A DNA stretch of 62,659 bases, the filler included. It is 7 parts of 7 records of this genome, joined end to end, with 100 filler letters (N's around TTAATTAATTAA, not from the genome) between each part and the next. Parts side by side here need not be neighbours in the genome. Positions count along the whole stretch, not along the records: positions 39,290 to 49,194 come from SRR31156797_21753; 6 more parts are not named here. One strand, written 5' to 3'. Positions within the stretch are counted from its first letter, which is position 1, and each line of letters starts with the position of its first letter. Of the stretch, positions 39,290 to 49,294 are shown one piece after another. The notes beneath the pieces are model-generated. The model was given only the letters and a program-made list of their open reading frames with translations. It did no database searches and was not told where the DNA came from. A program made the translations under genes and the position numbers.

Positions 39290-41499
39290 GTTTCGGTTTT
39301 TATATCTCTTAAGTCAATGAGAAAACAGGAGAAAATATCCGATAAATCCGTAACAATGTCCGGATTCAAGAAATTATGATGATTATAAATACAATGATAA
39401 TTCCTTTTCGATTTTTCAATATAAAGCGGAACCTTTTTAAAATTTGTAATAGATGAACGTTTACGACAATTTTGAATACATTCTTCGTTTACGCTCTCCT
39501 TTTCACATCCAATAACCTGATGCAATAAACATTGCCTGCTGGTTAGAAGCAAAACAGGATGATAGATGCTATAGTACAGTTTGAAATTGTCAGGTTTTTT
39601 AATGCTTTTTATCTGCTTTTTACTAATTTCATTTGAAATAAAGGCTCCATGACAGTTAAACTTTTCTTTCAAGCATAGAAGGCCAAAGGAATTGACAATA
39701 TTAAGATAGGGTCCTGCTATCCATGGGATTCCTTCTTTACAGGCGTTATAAGCGATTCCGGTATTATTGGTTAGAATTAGTTTGGGTTTCGCGTGTAGAA
39801 GAAATTCTATGGCAGCCGTATAATTTTCTCCGATTAAAATAGAAGGGAACCAGGGGATTAAGTTTTTGTTTTTTGAAAAAAGATCGATAAAGTCAGCATA
39901 TTCATTTTTGAAACAATTGGGTAGTTCAAAAAATATGTGTGAAGAGGTCTCATCACAAAGGTACAAATCCTTTTTTGAAGATATCAATACCGCAAGATCG
40001 GGTTTAGTTTTGAGTGCTGCTTGTTTTTTTAGGAAGGGAACGCCGATTGGATCAATAATTTCTTTTGAACCCGTTAAAATGGATAATATCCTTTTTTTTA
40101 TTGAGGTAAGCTCCTTAAACGGTATGAAAAGATCACTTTGAAGCGTTTCCAATTCTAAATGCTTAATGTAATATTCCGTACTGTTTAAGGATTTAAGTCT
40201 TTTAAATATAATATTGTAATCCAGGCACTGAACAGTGCTTTTCTTGTTTTTTGGGGCAGGGGCTTTGCTGCCGGATGCGATTGCTTTTGGGTCATCTTTT
40301 GGGTTCCGATTGTGCGGGTTTGGGGTGTATGTTCCGGCATTTACGAGCTTAATTTCTGAAAGAACGATAAATGACGTGTTCGGGGTTTTTACGGAAACTT
40401 TTAATGGGGAATCCAATTTTCCTGAAATACTGATTGTTAAAGGAGCTTTAGCGATGCTTAATTGTTTTATTTTCTTTTTAATATCAGCTGTGGTTTCTTC
40501 TTTTTCTTCATAAAGTTTTATTTGGCCGTTTACCATTTGGTTATTCGTGGAATAATTGTTAACGTCTGAAAGGTGTTGAATGGTGTTATCCCGGGGATTA
40601 TCAATAAACATGTTTTTATGGATATCTCCCTTTAAATATGAATTTGAAAAATCCCGGTTAAATACTTTATATAGATCGCTATTGTCATCATTGAGCCTGC
40701 CGGTATTATAAAAACGCCGGATTTGGTTTTTCCAGCAATTAACCACCGTATATACGTAATCCGGCTTTTTTATTCTTCCTTCAATTTTTAGTGAATCAAC
40801 CCCCGCATCGGATATTTCTCTTAGATCGAAATACGCTGAATTGTCTTTAAGATTAAGGGGGAAATTTTTACCTTCGGGAGTGGTTAAATATCGATCCCTG
40901 CAGGGTTGACTACATCTGCCGCGATTGCCGGATTTTCCATTAAGAACCGAACTCATATAACAAATGCCTGAAAAAGAGATACAGTAGGAACCATGGACAA
41001 ATACTTCAGTTGAGATCTTGTTTTTATGTCCGATCAACGTTAACGCTTTTATCTCATGAATATTCAACTCTCTTGATAGATTAATCCGGGTCGTATTCAG
41101 TTTGCTTAAGAATAATATCTGACCTTCATTATGGGTCGTCAGCTGCGTAGAGGCATGTATTTCAAGCTCTTTAAAATATTCGGATAGTAGATACAGCAAT
41201 CCCAAATCCTGAACAATGACCCCATCGATACTTGTATTAACCAGTTTATTCAGTAAGCTTATGAGGGACGGGATTTCACTTTCCACGATAATGATATTTA
41301 GGGTTAGAAAAATTTTGCAATTATTTCCATGAGCCAGATTTAAAACCCCATTTAGGTCATTAAAATTTAAATTTGTTGCTCGGTTTCTGGCATTAAATTT
41401 ATTCAGGCCACAGTATACGGCATCCGCTCCTGCTAAAATTGCGGCTTTTATGGCATCAATATCCCCCCCGGGCGCCAGTAATTCAATTTTGTTTTTCAT
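39290..41499 (-). CDS. Peptidase U32 family protein (long RlhA-like type), 3'-truncated
   Basis: ELLAPGG, GADAVYCG, HASTQ, HGSYCISFSGIC, GNRGRCSQPCR (Fe-S Cys) and SLKIEGR motifs. Confidence 0.9.
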
Positions 41500-41557
41500 C
41501 GTATTCTCTTGCGTTAAAAAAACCTTCCCAAGATAATGGAAAAAGCGAACCGGATGA

Positions 41558-41710
41558 GATTATTGACGTCTATCCTGCGCCATCAATCGTTTTCTCAGAT
41601 GGATGGGTTGAATTGTGAAGCGGAATCCATTGTCTAGGTTATACATATTTCTGATTCCAGCACGGAAGAGAAAATAGGTGAAATTGAAGAGACTGTCAAC
41701 TTGAGACTGG
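41558..41710 (-). repeat. Duplicated ~150-bp promoter/leader-like element, copy A
   Basis: Co-linear similarity to 47031-47179; 25-nt identical core GAAGAGACTGTCAACTTGAGACTGG; TTGACA-N17-TATTTT on the minus strand. Confidence 0.8.
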
Positions 41711-41848
41711 AAAGGATAGGGTAACACAGAACCAGGGAGCCGATCATTGTCGATTCATGTTCCGGGTGACACTTCTCTCTTTCCGCGCCTATTTTACCGT
41801 ATACCCATGCAAGCGCTGCCTCCATATTTTCTCATTCGTGGACGGACA

Positions 41849-42076
41849 CTACCTTGCCGGCCGGAAGTGTCTGATCCATCCCCAACAGCAATCAGCAAAT
41901 AGATTGAGCCTACGCTCTTTGTTAAGTTTTGACGGCGTCATTTTCAGCACGGACGCTCCAGCCATGTCGATGGTGGTAAATTCCTCCCTCAGATCCCGAT
42001 GGGTTAAAAACATGTGGAGACGTTCTCCTTCATCGGCGGCGGCGTATTTTTCCACGATCATTTTCATTGATTCCAT
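41849..42076 (-). CDS. Small hypothetical protein (75 aa)
   Basis: CAGGAG RBS; ERLHMFL.HRDLREEF..ID motif; operator upstream. Confidence 0.7.
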   Translation of the reverse strand: MESMKMIVEKYAAADEGERLHMFLTHRDLREEFTTIDMAGASVLKMTPSKLNKERRLNLFADCCWGWIRHFRPAR

Positions 42077-42114
42077 TTTAATCTCCTGTCTATGGGGGTA
42101 ATGTTCATCTTGTA

Positions 42115-42132
42115 AGCACGAACGTTCGTGCT
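42115..42132. promoter_or_regulatory. TetR-type operator (perfect 18-bp palindrome)
   Basis: AGCACGAACGTTCGTGCT. Confidence 0.8.
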
Positions 42133-42226
42133 AATAGTGGGCCCGTTAAAAACATCCTGATCATATAAATTTACGCTAATCCTGTCTTTGGAGTGGATGG
42201 CACCGGATGCACACCGGTCTTTTTTT

Positions 42227-42808
42227 CTATTGATAGCGCTCTATCAGTGTATCCAGCGCGGTTTTTTGACGGTGTTGAATGTCTTCGTTTTCCAGCAGTT
42301 TGTGATAGAGATGAAACCCCAGCAGAAGGGAATACAACTCAAAAGCAAATTGTTCACAATCGATATCTTTCCTGAAATGTCCCACCCGAACGGCCGATTG
42401 GGCAATGCGAGAGAGGCTGTCAATCCAGGTTTCCTGCTGCAGTAGAAGAAAATCACGGATTTTCCCCGGACGATTATTGAAGTCATTGCTGGTCTGGACA
42501 AAAATACAGCCGCCCGTCAGTTTCGATGTCCAGTTAATCCAGTTTTCCACCAAGGCTTTGATGCGGGGAATGCCGGGATCGGTTTTAAGGGCAGGGGCCA
42601 CCACGCCTTGGGAGAAAAGATAACCTGCATGGCGAAGAATGTCCTTTTGAAGATTTTCTTTGGATTGAAAATGGGCGAACAATCCGCTTTTGGACATGCG
42701 GGTTTCTTTGGCCAGTGCGCCGATGCTCACATCTTCCAATCCCAATCGGCTGGCCATCTCCAGCCCCGCTTCCAGAATCATTAATTTGGTGTCTTCGCCT
42801 TTGGTCAT
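42227..42808 (-). CDS. TetR/AcrR family transcriptional regulator
   Basis: GLEDVSIGALAKETRMSKSGLFAHFQSKENL HTH; GGCIF motif. Confidence 0.93.
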   Translation of the reverse strand: MTKGEDTKLMILEAGLEMASRLGLEDVSIGALAKETRMSKSGLFAHFQSKENLQKDILRHAGYLFSQGVVAPALKTDPGIPRIKALVENWINWTSKLTGGCIFVQTSNDFNNRPGKIRDFLLLQQETWIDSLSRIAQSAVRVGHFRKDIDCEQFAFELYSLLLGFHLYHKLLENEDIQHRQKTALDTLIERYQ

Positions 42809-42815
42809 GATCTAT

Positions 42816-42844
42816 AAAATAGTACGACCGTTCGTGCTTGTCAA
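42816..42844 (-). promoter_or_regulatory. Sigma70 promoter of tetR with the operator in its spacer
   Basis: TTGACA-AGCACGAACGGTCGTAC-TATTTT; operator 42821-42838 is 16/18 identical to the palindrome at 42115. Confidence 0.8.
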
Positions 42845-42987
42845 GCGCTATTTTTTTTATTCTCCTGTAAGCGGAAAAGGCATTTCGGATCGAACCGACC
42901 TGAGCATGCCGGATGATCAACGCTTCTTTTCTTCGGCTCACAAGAAGTGTTGAATCCACCGGGAGGCGGCCGATCCCGAAATTTTTT

Positions 42988-44022
42988 TTATGGCTTTGAA
43001 ATTTGGACATTGGCCCCGTCTTCCGCATGAAATCCGGCTTGGATGTGGATTTCAGGCGCCTGGATGGTGATTGTCGCGCCTCTTTTAATGATAACTTCGG
43101 TTCCGATGGTTATGGATACGTTACCATTACAGGTGCAATCGGTTCCCGCGTCTAAGGTGATATTTTCAAGCATCACCTGATCTCCCGAACAGTCAGGGCA
43201 CTCATGGGAGTAGGTACAGGTCACGGTAAGGCTGTCTTCACCGGTATTTCCCGCTCCATCGAAAGCGACGACGGTGATGATATTCTCTCCGTCATAAAGG
43301 GTGATAGGGGGTGTGATCCACACGGTGGTTCCGCTGGTTTCACCGCTTCCGCCCCGGTTGTTTTCCCAGGTGAGTCTCGTAACATCCACATTGTCCGAAG
43401 CCGTTCCGCCCATTGTCAGGGAAGTGGTATCGGTGGCATGGGTGTCGTTTAACGTGGGGGATGTGATCGTTACTTCGGGCGGTGTGGTGTCCGGAGGCGG
43501 GGTGTAATATACTTCATTTGAATATCCGCTTTCAAAGCCGGCTGCATCATGGGCCGTTACAACAAAATAAGTTTCCCAGGTATCGCTCAATCCGGTTATT
43601 GTAACCTGTGGGGAATTGACATTTTCCAGACTCGATAAATGAATGATGATCGGGCTGACCCCTTCCGATGCCCCAGTGCCCACATAGGGCGGACCACTGG
43701 CGTCATCATCGTAATAAAGCCCGTATCCCACAAGATTCCCTTCCCGGTTTGGGTCCCACTGAAGCGTTACTTGGGTGCGGCGTGAGGACCTTAAAACGGT
43801 TCTGACGATTCTCAAATTTGTAGGCGCTGCGGGTGGAGAATTTTCTCTGACGGCCGATTCCGCTGTTGATCCCATGAAGCGGGTGGTGGAAGGAGGTTCT
43901 TGTCCAAGAACCGTTGTAAAACCTGCAAAAAACAGGAGCATTGCAAGCAACCATGTTTTATCCCATAAGCCATGGGTCGTTCTGTTCCCTCTGCTGTTCA
44001 AGTCCATGTTTTTCTCTTTCAA
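42988..44022 (-). CDS. Secreted FN3/Ig-like domain protein (putative adhesin or matrix protein)
   Basis: Signal-like hydrophobic stretch; FN3 (VTLQWDPN...YFVVTAHD..GFESGYSNEV); DTTPPEVTITSP Ig-like domain; Cys-containing beta-stack C-terminus (GFHAEDGA); ATG 44007 plausible start. Confidence 0.8.
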   Translation of the reverse strand: MKEKNMDLNSRGNRTTHGLWDKTWLLAMLLFFAGFTTVLGQEPPSTTRFMGSTAESAVRENSPPAAPTNLRIVRTVLRSSRRTQVTLQWDPNREGNLVGYGLYYDDDASGPPYVGTGASEGVSPIIIHLSSLENVNSPQVTITGLSDTWETYFVVTAHDAAGFESGYSNEVYYTPPPDTTPPEVTITSPTLNDTHATDTTSLTMGGTASDNVDVTRLTWENNRGGSGETSGTTVWITPPITLYDGENIITVVAFDGAGNTGEDSLTVTCTYSHECPDCSGDQVMLENITLDAGTDCTCNGNVSITIGTEVIIKRGATITIQAPEIHIQAGFHAEDGANVQISKP

Positions 44023-44254
44023 CCGATCATATGTTGATGCTGACCTGATCGAAGTACTTTGAGGGCTTCATTTTTTTCGATCATCCGCACAAGATCCGAT
44101 TTTCATTCATCTTTGGGCCGCAAAAGATGAATATGGAAAAAAAGGCACAGCAATAGCGAGGTCCTGGCGTTCGCGATCGTAAAACCAAAGGGGCACGGTT
44201 TTGAAAGATGGAAAGAATTTGAAACGATTGAATTGAAATGAGGCGTTCATTTTC

Positions 44255-44334
44255 TCAGCGACCCGGCTGTCTTTCAAAATGGAAGATCCGTGGTTTTCCG
44301 TCCCCACCTCACGATGGGTTTGGCTTTTTTATCA
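44255..44334 (-). ncRNA. Cyclic di-GMP-I (GEMM-I) riboswitch
   Basis: Minus strand AAAGCCAAACCCATC-GTGA-GGTGGGGACGGAAAACCACGGATCT...AGACAGCCGGGTCGCTGA: GNRA-capped P2, GAC/AAA junction and P3 match the GEMM-I consensus. Confidence 0.85.
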
Positions 44335-44383
44335 AAAGAAAGCCGGAAAGGCTTTTAATGAGAGGTGCAAAAGACCCTTATGA

Positions 44384-45169
44384 TTATCTATAATCAATGG
44401 GTATTTCTGTCAAGGTAAAAGCATCTTGTGTGGGGACATTCCTTGTGGGTTTCGTCATTGCCTCTGCAACTTTTCCGCGCACATATTCCATGTGTTGGTC
44501 TACGGGAAGATCCAGAGGGCAGTTATCTTCACACATCATGGTTTCAAAGCACCCGAATACCCCGTCGTCAGTCCCCACGATTTCAAGATAATCATGGGTT
44601 TTTCGGTTGTCCCTGGGATCCATCATGAACCGGGCGATTCGATTGATGCCCGCTGCTCCAAGAAACCCTTTTCCGTTGGCCATGGTGGCACATCCGGAAA
44701 TACAGCAGCCACATTCAATGCAGCGTTCCCCGTTGTACACCCTCAAGGCATCGGCATTGTCCATGGGTGCTTCCGTGGTTTTTGGATCAAAGTCGTCCCC
44801 ATCGTGAATCCAGGCCCGTATCCTTGAATCCAGGTTGCGAAACCACGTGTGGGTATCCACGGTGAGGTCTCCCAGCAATTTGAAAAAGGGCATGGGCATC
44901 AACCGGATATTCGGCCGCAGATTGGATGTCAGGGTTCGGCAGGCCATGCGGTTGATGCCGTTGACGATCATGGCACAGGATCCGCAGACGGAAGAGCGGC
45001 AGACGAAATCGAACATGAGTGTGGGGTCCCGGCTTTCCCGAAGCCGGTTGAGGGCCGTAAACAGGGTCATGCCGGGCGTTTCCGTCAGGGTAAAGGGCTG
45101 CATGAACGGCTCCCTTTCAGGCTGATTGGGATCGTATCGGAATATTTCAAGGTTTAGACGCCGGGCCAT
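44384..45169 (-). CDS. frdB: Fumarate reductase/succinate dehydrogenase iron-sulfur subunit
   Basis: CRSSVCGSC...C, CIECGCCISGC and GCFETMMCEDNCP cluster motifs; ATG 45169 assumed as start. Confidence 0.9.
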   Translation of the reverse strand: MARRLNLEIFRYDPNQPEREPFMQPFTLTETPGMTLFTALNRLRESRDPTLMFDFVCRSSVCGSCAMIVNGINRMACRTLTSNLRPNIRLMPMPFFKLLGDLTVDTHTWFRNLDSRIRAWIHDGDDFDPKTTEAPMDNADALRVYNGERCIECGCCISGCATMANGKGFLGAAGINRIARFMMDPRDNRKTHDYLEIVGTDDGVFGCFETMMCEDNCPLDLPVDQHMEYVRGKVAEAMTKPTRNVPTQDAFTLTEIPIDYR

Positions 45170-46991
45170 GGGATTCCTCAAGGGGGTTGGCGGTTGCGGG
45201 CTTCATGTTTTTGGATGGATGCGGGGATGTCGCCTGTTCGCGGGTACGGTTTTCCGGCGGCAGTTCGGCGGTATCCACCGGTTCATAGCGTAACAGAGGC
45301 CTTTTTTCGCCCTCCGGCCAGAAGGCCAGGGTACGCTTCATCCAGTGATGGTCGTCACGAAAAGGATAATCCTCCCTGAAATGGCTCCCCCGGCTTTCGG
45401 TTCGCCGCAGTGCTCCCCAGGTGATGCACAGCGCCAGTTTGATCATTCCCGGCAACTGCAGGGCCGCGGAAATTTCAGGGGAAATCGGGGGGCTGTGGGG
45501 AGAAACCCGCACCTGTTTCGCCCGTTCCCGTAATTGGGCCAGAATATTCACCGACTCCCTCAAACCGTCTTCATTTCTGAATATGCCGGCCTTTTCCCAT
45601 AAAACGGCGGCCATTCGGTTTCGGAGATTGAAAACCTTTTCCCCCCGCACCCCTTGCCTCAGGAAAGCGATACGTTCATTTTGCCGTTTTACCGCATCAT
45701 CGGCGACACGGCGGGGGCAATCAATGGGGCGCTCTTTGAGGGTTTGGACCAGGTACCGTCCCACCACCATGCCCGCCACCACCGTTTCCGCCAGGGAATT
45801 GCCGCCCAACCGGTTGAATCCGTGCAGATCCCAGCAGGCGGCTTCCCCCAGGGCAAAGAGCCCTTCCATCCCGTGGGCGGCCCCGTGGATATTCGTTCGG
45901 ATGCCTCCCATCTGGTAGTGTTGGGCCGGACGTACGGGAATCAGGTCCCGAAGGGGATCGATGCCGCTGAAATTCCGGCAGATGGCGACGATCTCCCTCA
46001 GATGCGCCTTCATGTGTTCTTTCCCCAGATGGCGCAAATCGAGCCAGAGATGGGGGCCGTCCATACTGTCCGCCCCGTTTCCCAGTTTCATGTGACGCAC
46101 CATGGTGCGGGCCACCACATCCCTGAAGGCCAGGTCTTTGGCCACCGGTTCATAATCGGGCATGAAACGGTGGTGATGACAATCCCGCAGCACGCCGCCG
46201 TCACCACGGGCCCCTTCGGTGATGAGAATACCGGACGGCACCAGGGCCGTGGGGTGAAACTGCACCGCTTCCATGTTTCCCAAGGGGACCACACCGGTCT
46301 CCAGGGCCATGGACATGCCGGTGCCGAGACTGGCCACCCCGTTGGTGGTGTTCCGGTAGAGCATGCCGCATCCACCGGTGGCCATGACCGTGGCCGATGC
46401 CGTGTAGGCGGTGAGATCACCGGTTTTGAGGCACCGGCATACCGCTCCATAGCATCGATGGCCGTCGTGGATAAGGGAGAGGGCTTCCATGCGGTCATGC
46501 ACCGGAATACGGAGTTTTTCCACCCTGCTGTCCATGGTGTACAAGAGGGAATGGCCGGTGCCGTCCGCCGTGAAACAGGCCCGCCATTTTTGGGTTCCGC
46601 CGAATTTTCTTCCCGCTATGAGGCCCCGGCTTCCGCCCGGTTCGGTAACACGGGTCCAGGGTACCCCCCAGGAGGCCATTTGACGCACCGCTTCAGGGGC
46701 GCGCTCCGCAAACAACCGGGCAACCTGCTGGTCACACCCCCAGTCCGATCCCCTGACCGTGTCGGCAAAATGAAGGTCGGGATGATCGCCTTTTCCCATG
46801 GGACTGTTGCCCAGGCTCGCCTGCATGCCGCCCTGGGCCGCCGTACTGTGGGATCGGCGGGGAGGCACCTGGCTCACCATGGTCACCGTATATCCCCATA
46901 AGGCGGCTTCAATTGCAACCCGTTCGCCGGCAAGTCCCGCGCCGATCACCAGCAGGTCCGAAATGTGGGATTGAATCGGCTTCACGGGCAC
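45147..46991 (-). CDS. frdA: Fumarate reductase flavoprotein subunit
   Basis: GAGLAG, RSHSTAAQGG (covalent FAD His), QFHPT, TEGARGDGG, HYQMGG, HGFNRLGGNSL and ESRGSH motifs. Confidence 0.93.
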   Translation of the reverse strand: MPVKPIQSHISDLLVIGAGLAGERVAIEAALWGYTVTMVSQVPPRRSHSTAAQGGMQASLGNSPMGKGDHPDLHFADTVRGSDWGCDQQVARLFAERAPEAVRQMASWGVPWTRVTEPGGSRGLIAGRKFGGTQKWRACFTADGTGHSLLYTMDSRVEKLRIPVHDRMEALSLIHDGHRCYGAVCRCLKTGDLTAYTASATVMATGGCGMLYRNTTNGVASLGTGMSMALETGVVPLGNMEAVQFHPTALVPSGILITEGARGDGGVLRDCHHHRFMPDYEPVAKDLAFRDVVARTMVRHMKLGNGADSMDGPHLWLDLRHLGKEHMKAHLREIVAICRNFSGIDPLRDLIPVRPAQHYQMGGIRTNIHGAAHGMEGLFALGEAACWDLHGFNRLGGNSLAETVVAGMVVGRYLVQTLKERPIDCPRRVADDAVKRQNERIAFLRQGVRGEKVFNLRNRMAAVLWEKAGIFRNEDGLRESVNILAQLRERAKQVRVSPHSPPISPEISAALQLPGMIKLALCITWGALRRTESRGSHFREDYPFRDDHHWMKRTLAFWPEGEKRPLLRYEPVDTAELPPENRTREQATSPHPSKNMKPATANPLEESHGPASKP

Positions 46992-47030
46992 ATCTTTCCG
47001 GCAGAAAGATCCCGTGACTCAAACATGCCT

Positions 47031-47179
47031 GATTTTTGACGTCCAGCCTGCGTCATCCGTAGCTTTTCTCAGATGGGTGGGTCCAATTATGACCCGATAC
47101 CTATGGTTTCACCTGTTTTCGGATTTTACCAAAGGAGAGAAAATACGTTAAGCGGAAGAGACTGTCAACTTGAGACTGG
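47031..47179 (-). repeat. Duplicated ~150-bp promoter/leader-like element, copy B
   Basis: Co-linear similarity to 41558-41710; TTGACA (47163-47168)-N17-TATTTT (47140-47145) on the minus strand. Confidence 0.8.
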
Positions 47180-47316
47180 GACGTGCATCAAAAAAACAAG
47201 GGCAGGGGTCCGTTCAACATGAGATAAAAATCTCTTTCTGTGGCTTGACAAAAAATCATGGCTTTGCCTATATGTCTAAAAAAAAGCATGTCCGTGGCGT
47301 TGCACGAGGAAGGTTT

Positions 47317-48447
47317 ATGGGAGACATGAAAAAACCTGCGTTGGGGTTATGGGTGATTCTGGGAGTTCTTTTTCAGGGAATCAATGGGTTTGCCTACCAG
47401 ATCAACGAGCAGCTTTCCATGGGCGGGGTTGTTGCCGGTGTATACCAGTATCAGAATATTTCGGATGCTCCCGGCTTCCATAACGAGCGCAGGGGCTTTT
47501 TGACTTTTGAGCCGGAAATTTCCTATACGCCCACCGATTGTGACGAGGTTTTCGCCAAGTTCGGAATCGGTGCCGGAGATGGCTTGCTGGCAAACGGCAG
47601 GTCCCCCTTTGTGTTGGCCCCCTGGGGGGGGAATGTGGAGGACAGCTATCTGAATATTAACGGCAGAAACCGCGACTATCTGCTCACGGCCTGGTATAAG
47701 CACACCTTCACTTTCAGCGTGAACCACACTCTGGGGGTCACGGCCGGCATCATCGATGCGACGGATTACATGGATGAAAATGCCTTTGCCAATGATGAAT
47801 TCACACAGTTCATGAACCAGGCGTTGATAAACGGCCCCAATGCGTTCTTGCCCAGTTACGACATGGGTGTGGCCCTGGAATGGCAGATGGACCGGTTCTC
47901 CGTGAAAGGCGTGGGCATGGCGCTGGGCAGCAATGGTGAAGAAGGTGAATCTGACGAGCCCTACAATTATTACGGAATCCAGTTGGGTTACCGGGTGGAT
48001 TTCGGGTTGGGTGAAGGGAATTACCGCATGATCGTGGATGCCACCAGCAGCGATTTTACCAATGCGGCGGGAACCGGAAAAGAGCGAAAGGTTGCGGTGC
48101 TCTTTTCCTTTGACCAGCAGCTTGGGGAGATCCTGGGGGCGTGGCTCCGTTTTGGCCGGCAGGACGATGAGGCGGCCATTCATTACAATAATATTTTTTC
48201 AGGGGGATTAAACATCAGCGGCAGTCTGTGGGGTCGAGAGGGCGACAATGCGGGGATCGGTTGTGCCCGCCTTACGGGTGGCAATCAAGGTGTGAATTAC
48301 ACCGATGTATTTGAGGTTTACGGACGGATTGCCTTTAACTCCATCTTCGGGGTGACCGGGGATGTTCAGTATATGAAAGATTCAATGGCGGTGGGGGAGA
48401 GTCCCCAAGGCTGGATTTTCGGGCTGCGGTTGACCGCTGAATTTTAG
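47317..48447 (+). CDS. Carbohydrate-selective (OprB-like) porin
   Basis: Signal peptide; IIDATDY.DENAFANDE..QF motif; amphipathic strands; terminal GLRLTAEF. Confidence 0.8.
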   Translation: MGDMKKPALGLWVILGVLFQGINGFAYQINEQLSMGGVVAGVYQYQNISDAPGFHNERRGFLTFEPEISYTPTDCDEVFAKFGIGAGDGLLANGRSPFVLAPWGGNVEDSYLNINGRNRDYLLTAWYKHTFTFSVNHTLGVTAGIIDATDYMDENAFANDEFTQFMNQALINGPNAFLPSYDMGVALEWQMDRFSVKGVGMALGSNGEEGESDEPYNYYGIQLGYRVDFGLGEGNYRMIVDATSSDFTNAAGTGKERKVAVLFSFDQQLGEILGAWLRFGRQDDEAAIHYNNIFSGGLNISGSLWGREGDNAGIGCARLTGGNQGVNYTDVFEVYGRIAFNSIFGVTGDVQYMKDSMAVGESPQGWIFGLRLTAEF

Positions 48448-48453
48448 CGTTTT

Positions 48454-49194
48454 TCACGTCCGGACTTCATAATTCTTCAATTTCTTACGGAGGGTCTTTC
48501 GGGTAATCCCCAGCCTTCTGGCCGCCTCGCTCTTGTTGCCGGAGGTTGACGCCAGGGTCTTCAGGATGGTTTCCCTTTCCATCCTTTCAAGGGAAACGCC
48601 CCCATCCGGTATTTGCAGGGAAGGATCGACCGCATTTTCTGAATGAACGCTCTGGACCTCCATGGGCAGATCATGGGGTTGAATATATTCAAAACGGCTC
48701 ATGACCACGGCCCGCTCCACCGCATTCATCAACTCCCGAACATTCCCCGGCCAACCGTATCGCAGCATCCGGTCCATGGCGTGGGGGGAAAATCCTTTCA
48801 CTTTCTTGCGGTTTTTTTGAGAAAACCGTTCCAGGAAATGCCGGGCCAGCAACGGGATATCCTCTGCCCTGTCGGCCAGGGAGGGGACTGCCAGCGCCAC
48901 CACGTTCAGCCGGTAATAGAGATCCTCACGGAAACGCCCCCCCTCAACCTCCTGAAGCAGGTCCTTGTTGGTTGCCGCGATGATTCGAACATCCACTTTG
49001 AGCAGTTCTTCCCCCCCAACCCTGAAAAACTCCATTTCCTGTAAGGCGCGCAGCAGTTTCACCTGCATGGACAGGGACATTTCACCCACTTCATCCAGGA
49101 ATAGACTTCCACCGTCCGCCTGGCGGAACTTCCCTTCTTTCCGCTTGTGGGCCCCGGTGAAAGCCCCTTTTTCATGGCCGAAAAGTTCCGACTC
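48454..49194 (-). CDS. Sigma54-dependent enhancer-binding protein (NtrC/ZraR-like), 5'-truncated
   Basis: [41 protein letters not shown] and Fis-type HTH. Confidence 0.93.
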   Translation of the reverse strand, partial: ESELFGHEKGAFTGAHKRKEGKFRQADGGSLFLDEVGEMSLSMQVKLLRALQEMEFFRVGGEELLKVDVRIIAATNKDLLQEVEGGRFREDLYYRLNVVALAVPSLADRAEDIPLLARHFLERFSQKNRKKVKGFSPHAMDRMLRYGWPGNVRELMNAVERAVVMSRFEYIQPHDLPMEVQSVHSENAVDPSLQIPDGGVSLERMERETILKTLASTSGNKSEAARRLGITRKTLRKKLKNYEVRT

Positions 49195-49294
49195 NNNNNN
49201 NNNNNNNNNNNNNNNNNNNNNNNNNNNNNNNNNNNNNNTTAATTAATTAANNNNNNNNNNNNNNNNNNNNNNNNNNNNNNNNNNNNNNNNNNNN
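49195..49294. other. Artificial contig spacer
   Basis: N44-TTAATTAATTAA-N44. Confidence 0.99.

Noticed and set aside
45654-46901. 415-aa ORF antisense to frdA, and a 278-aa ORF antisense to the porin
   Set aside because: Shadow ORFs expected opposite GC-rich genes; no recognisable motifs.
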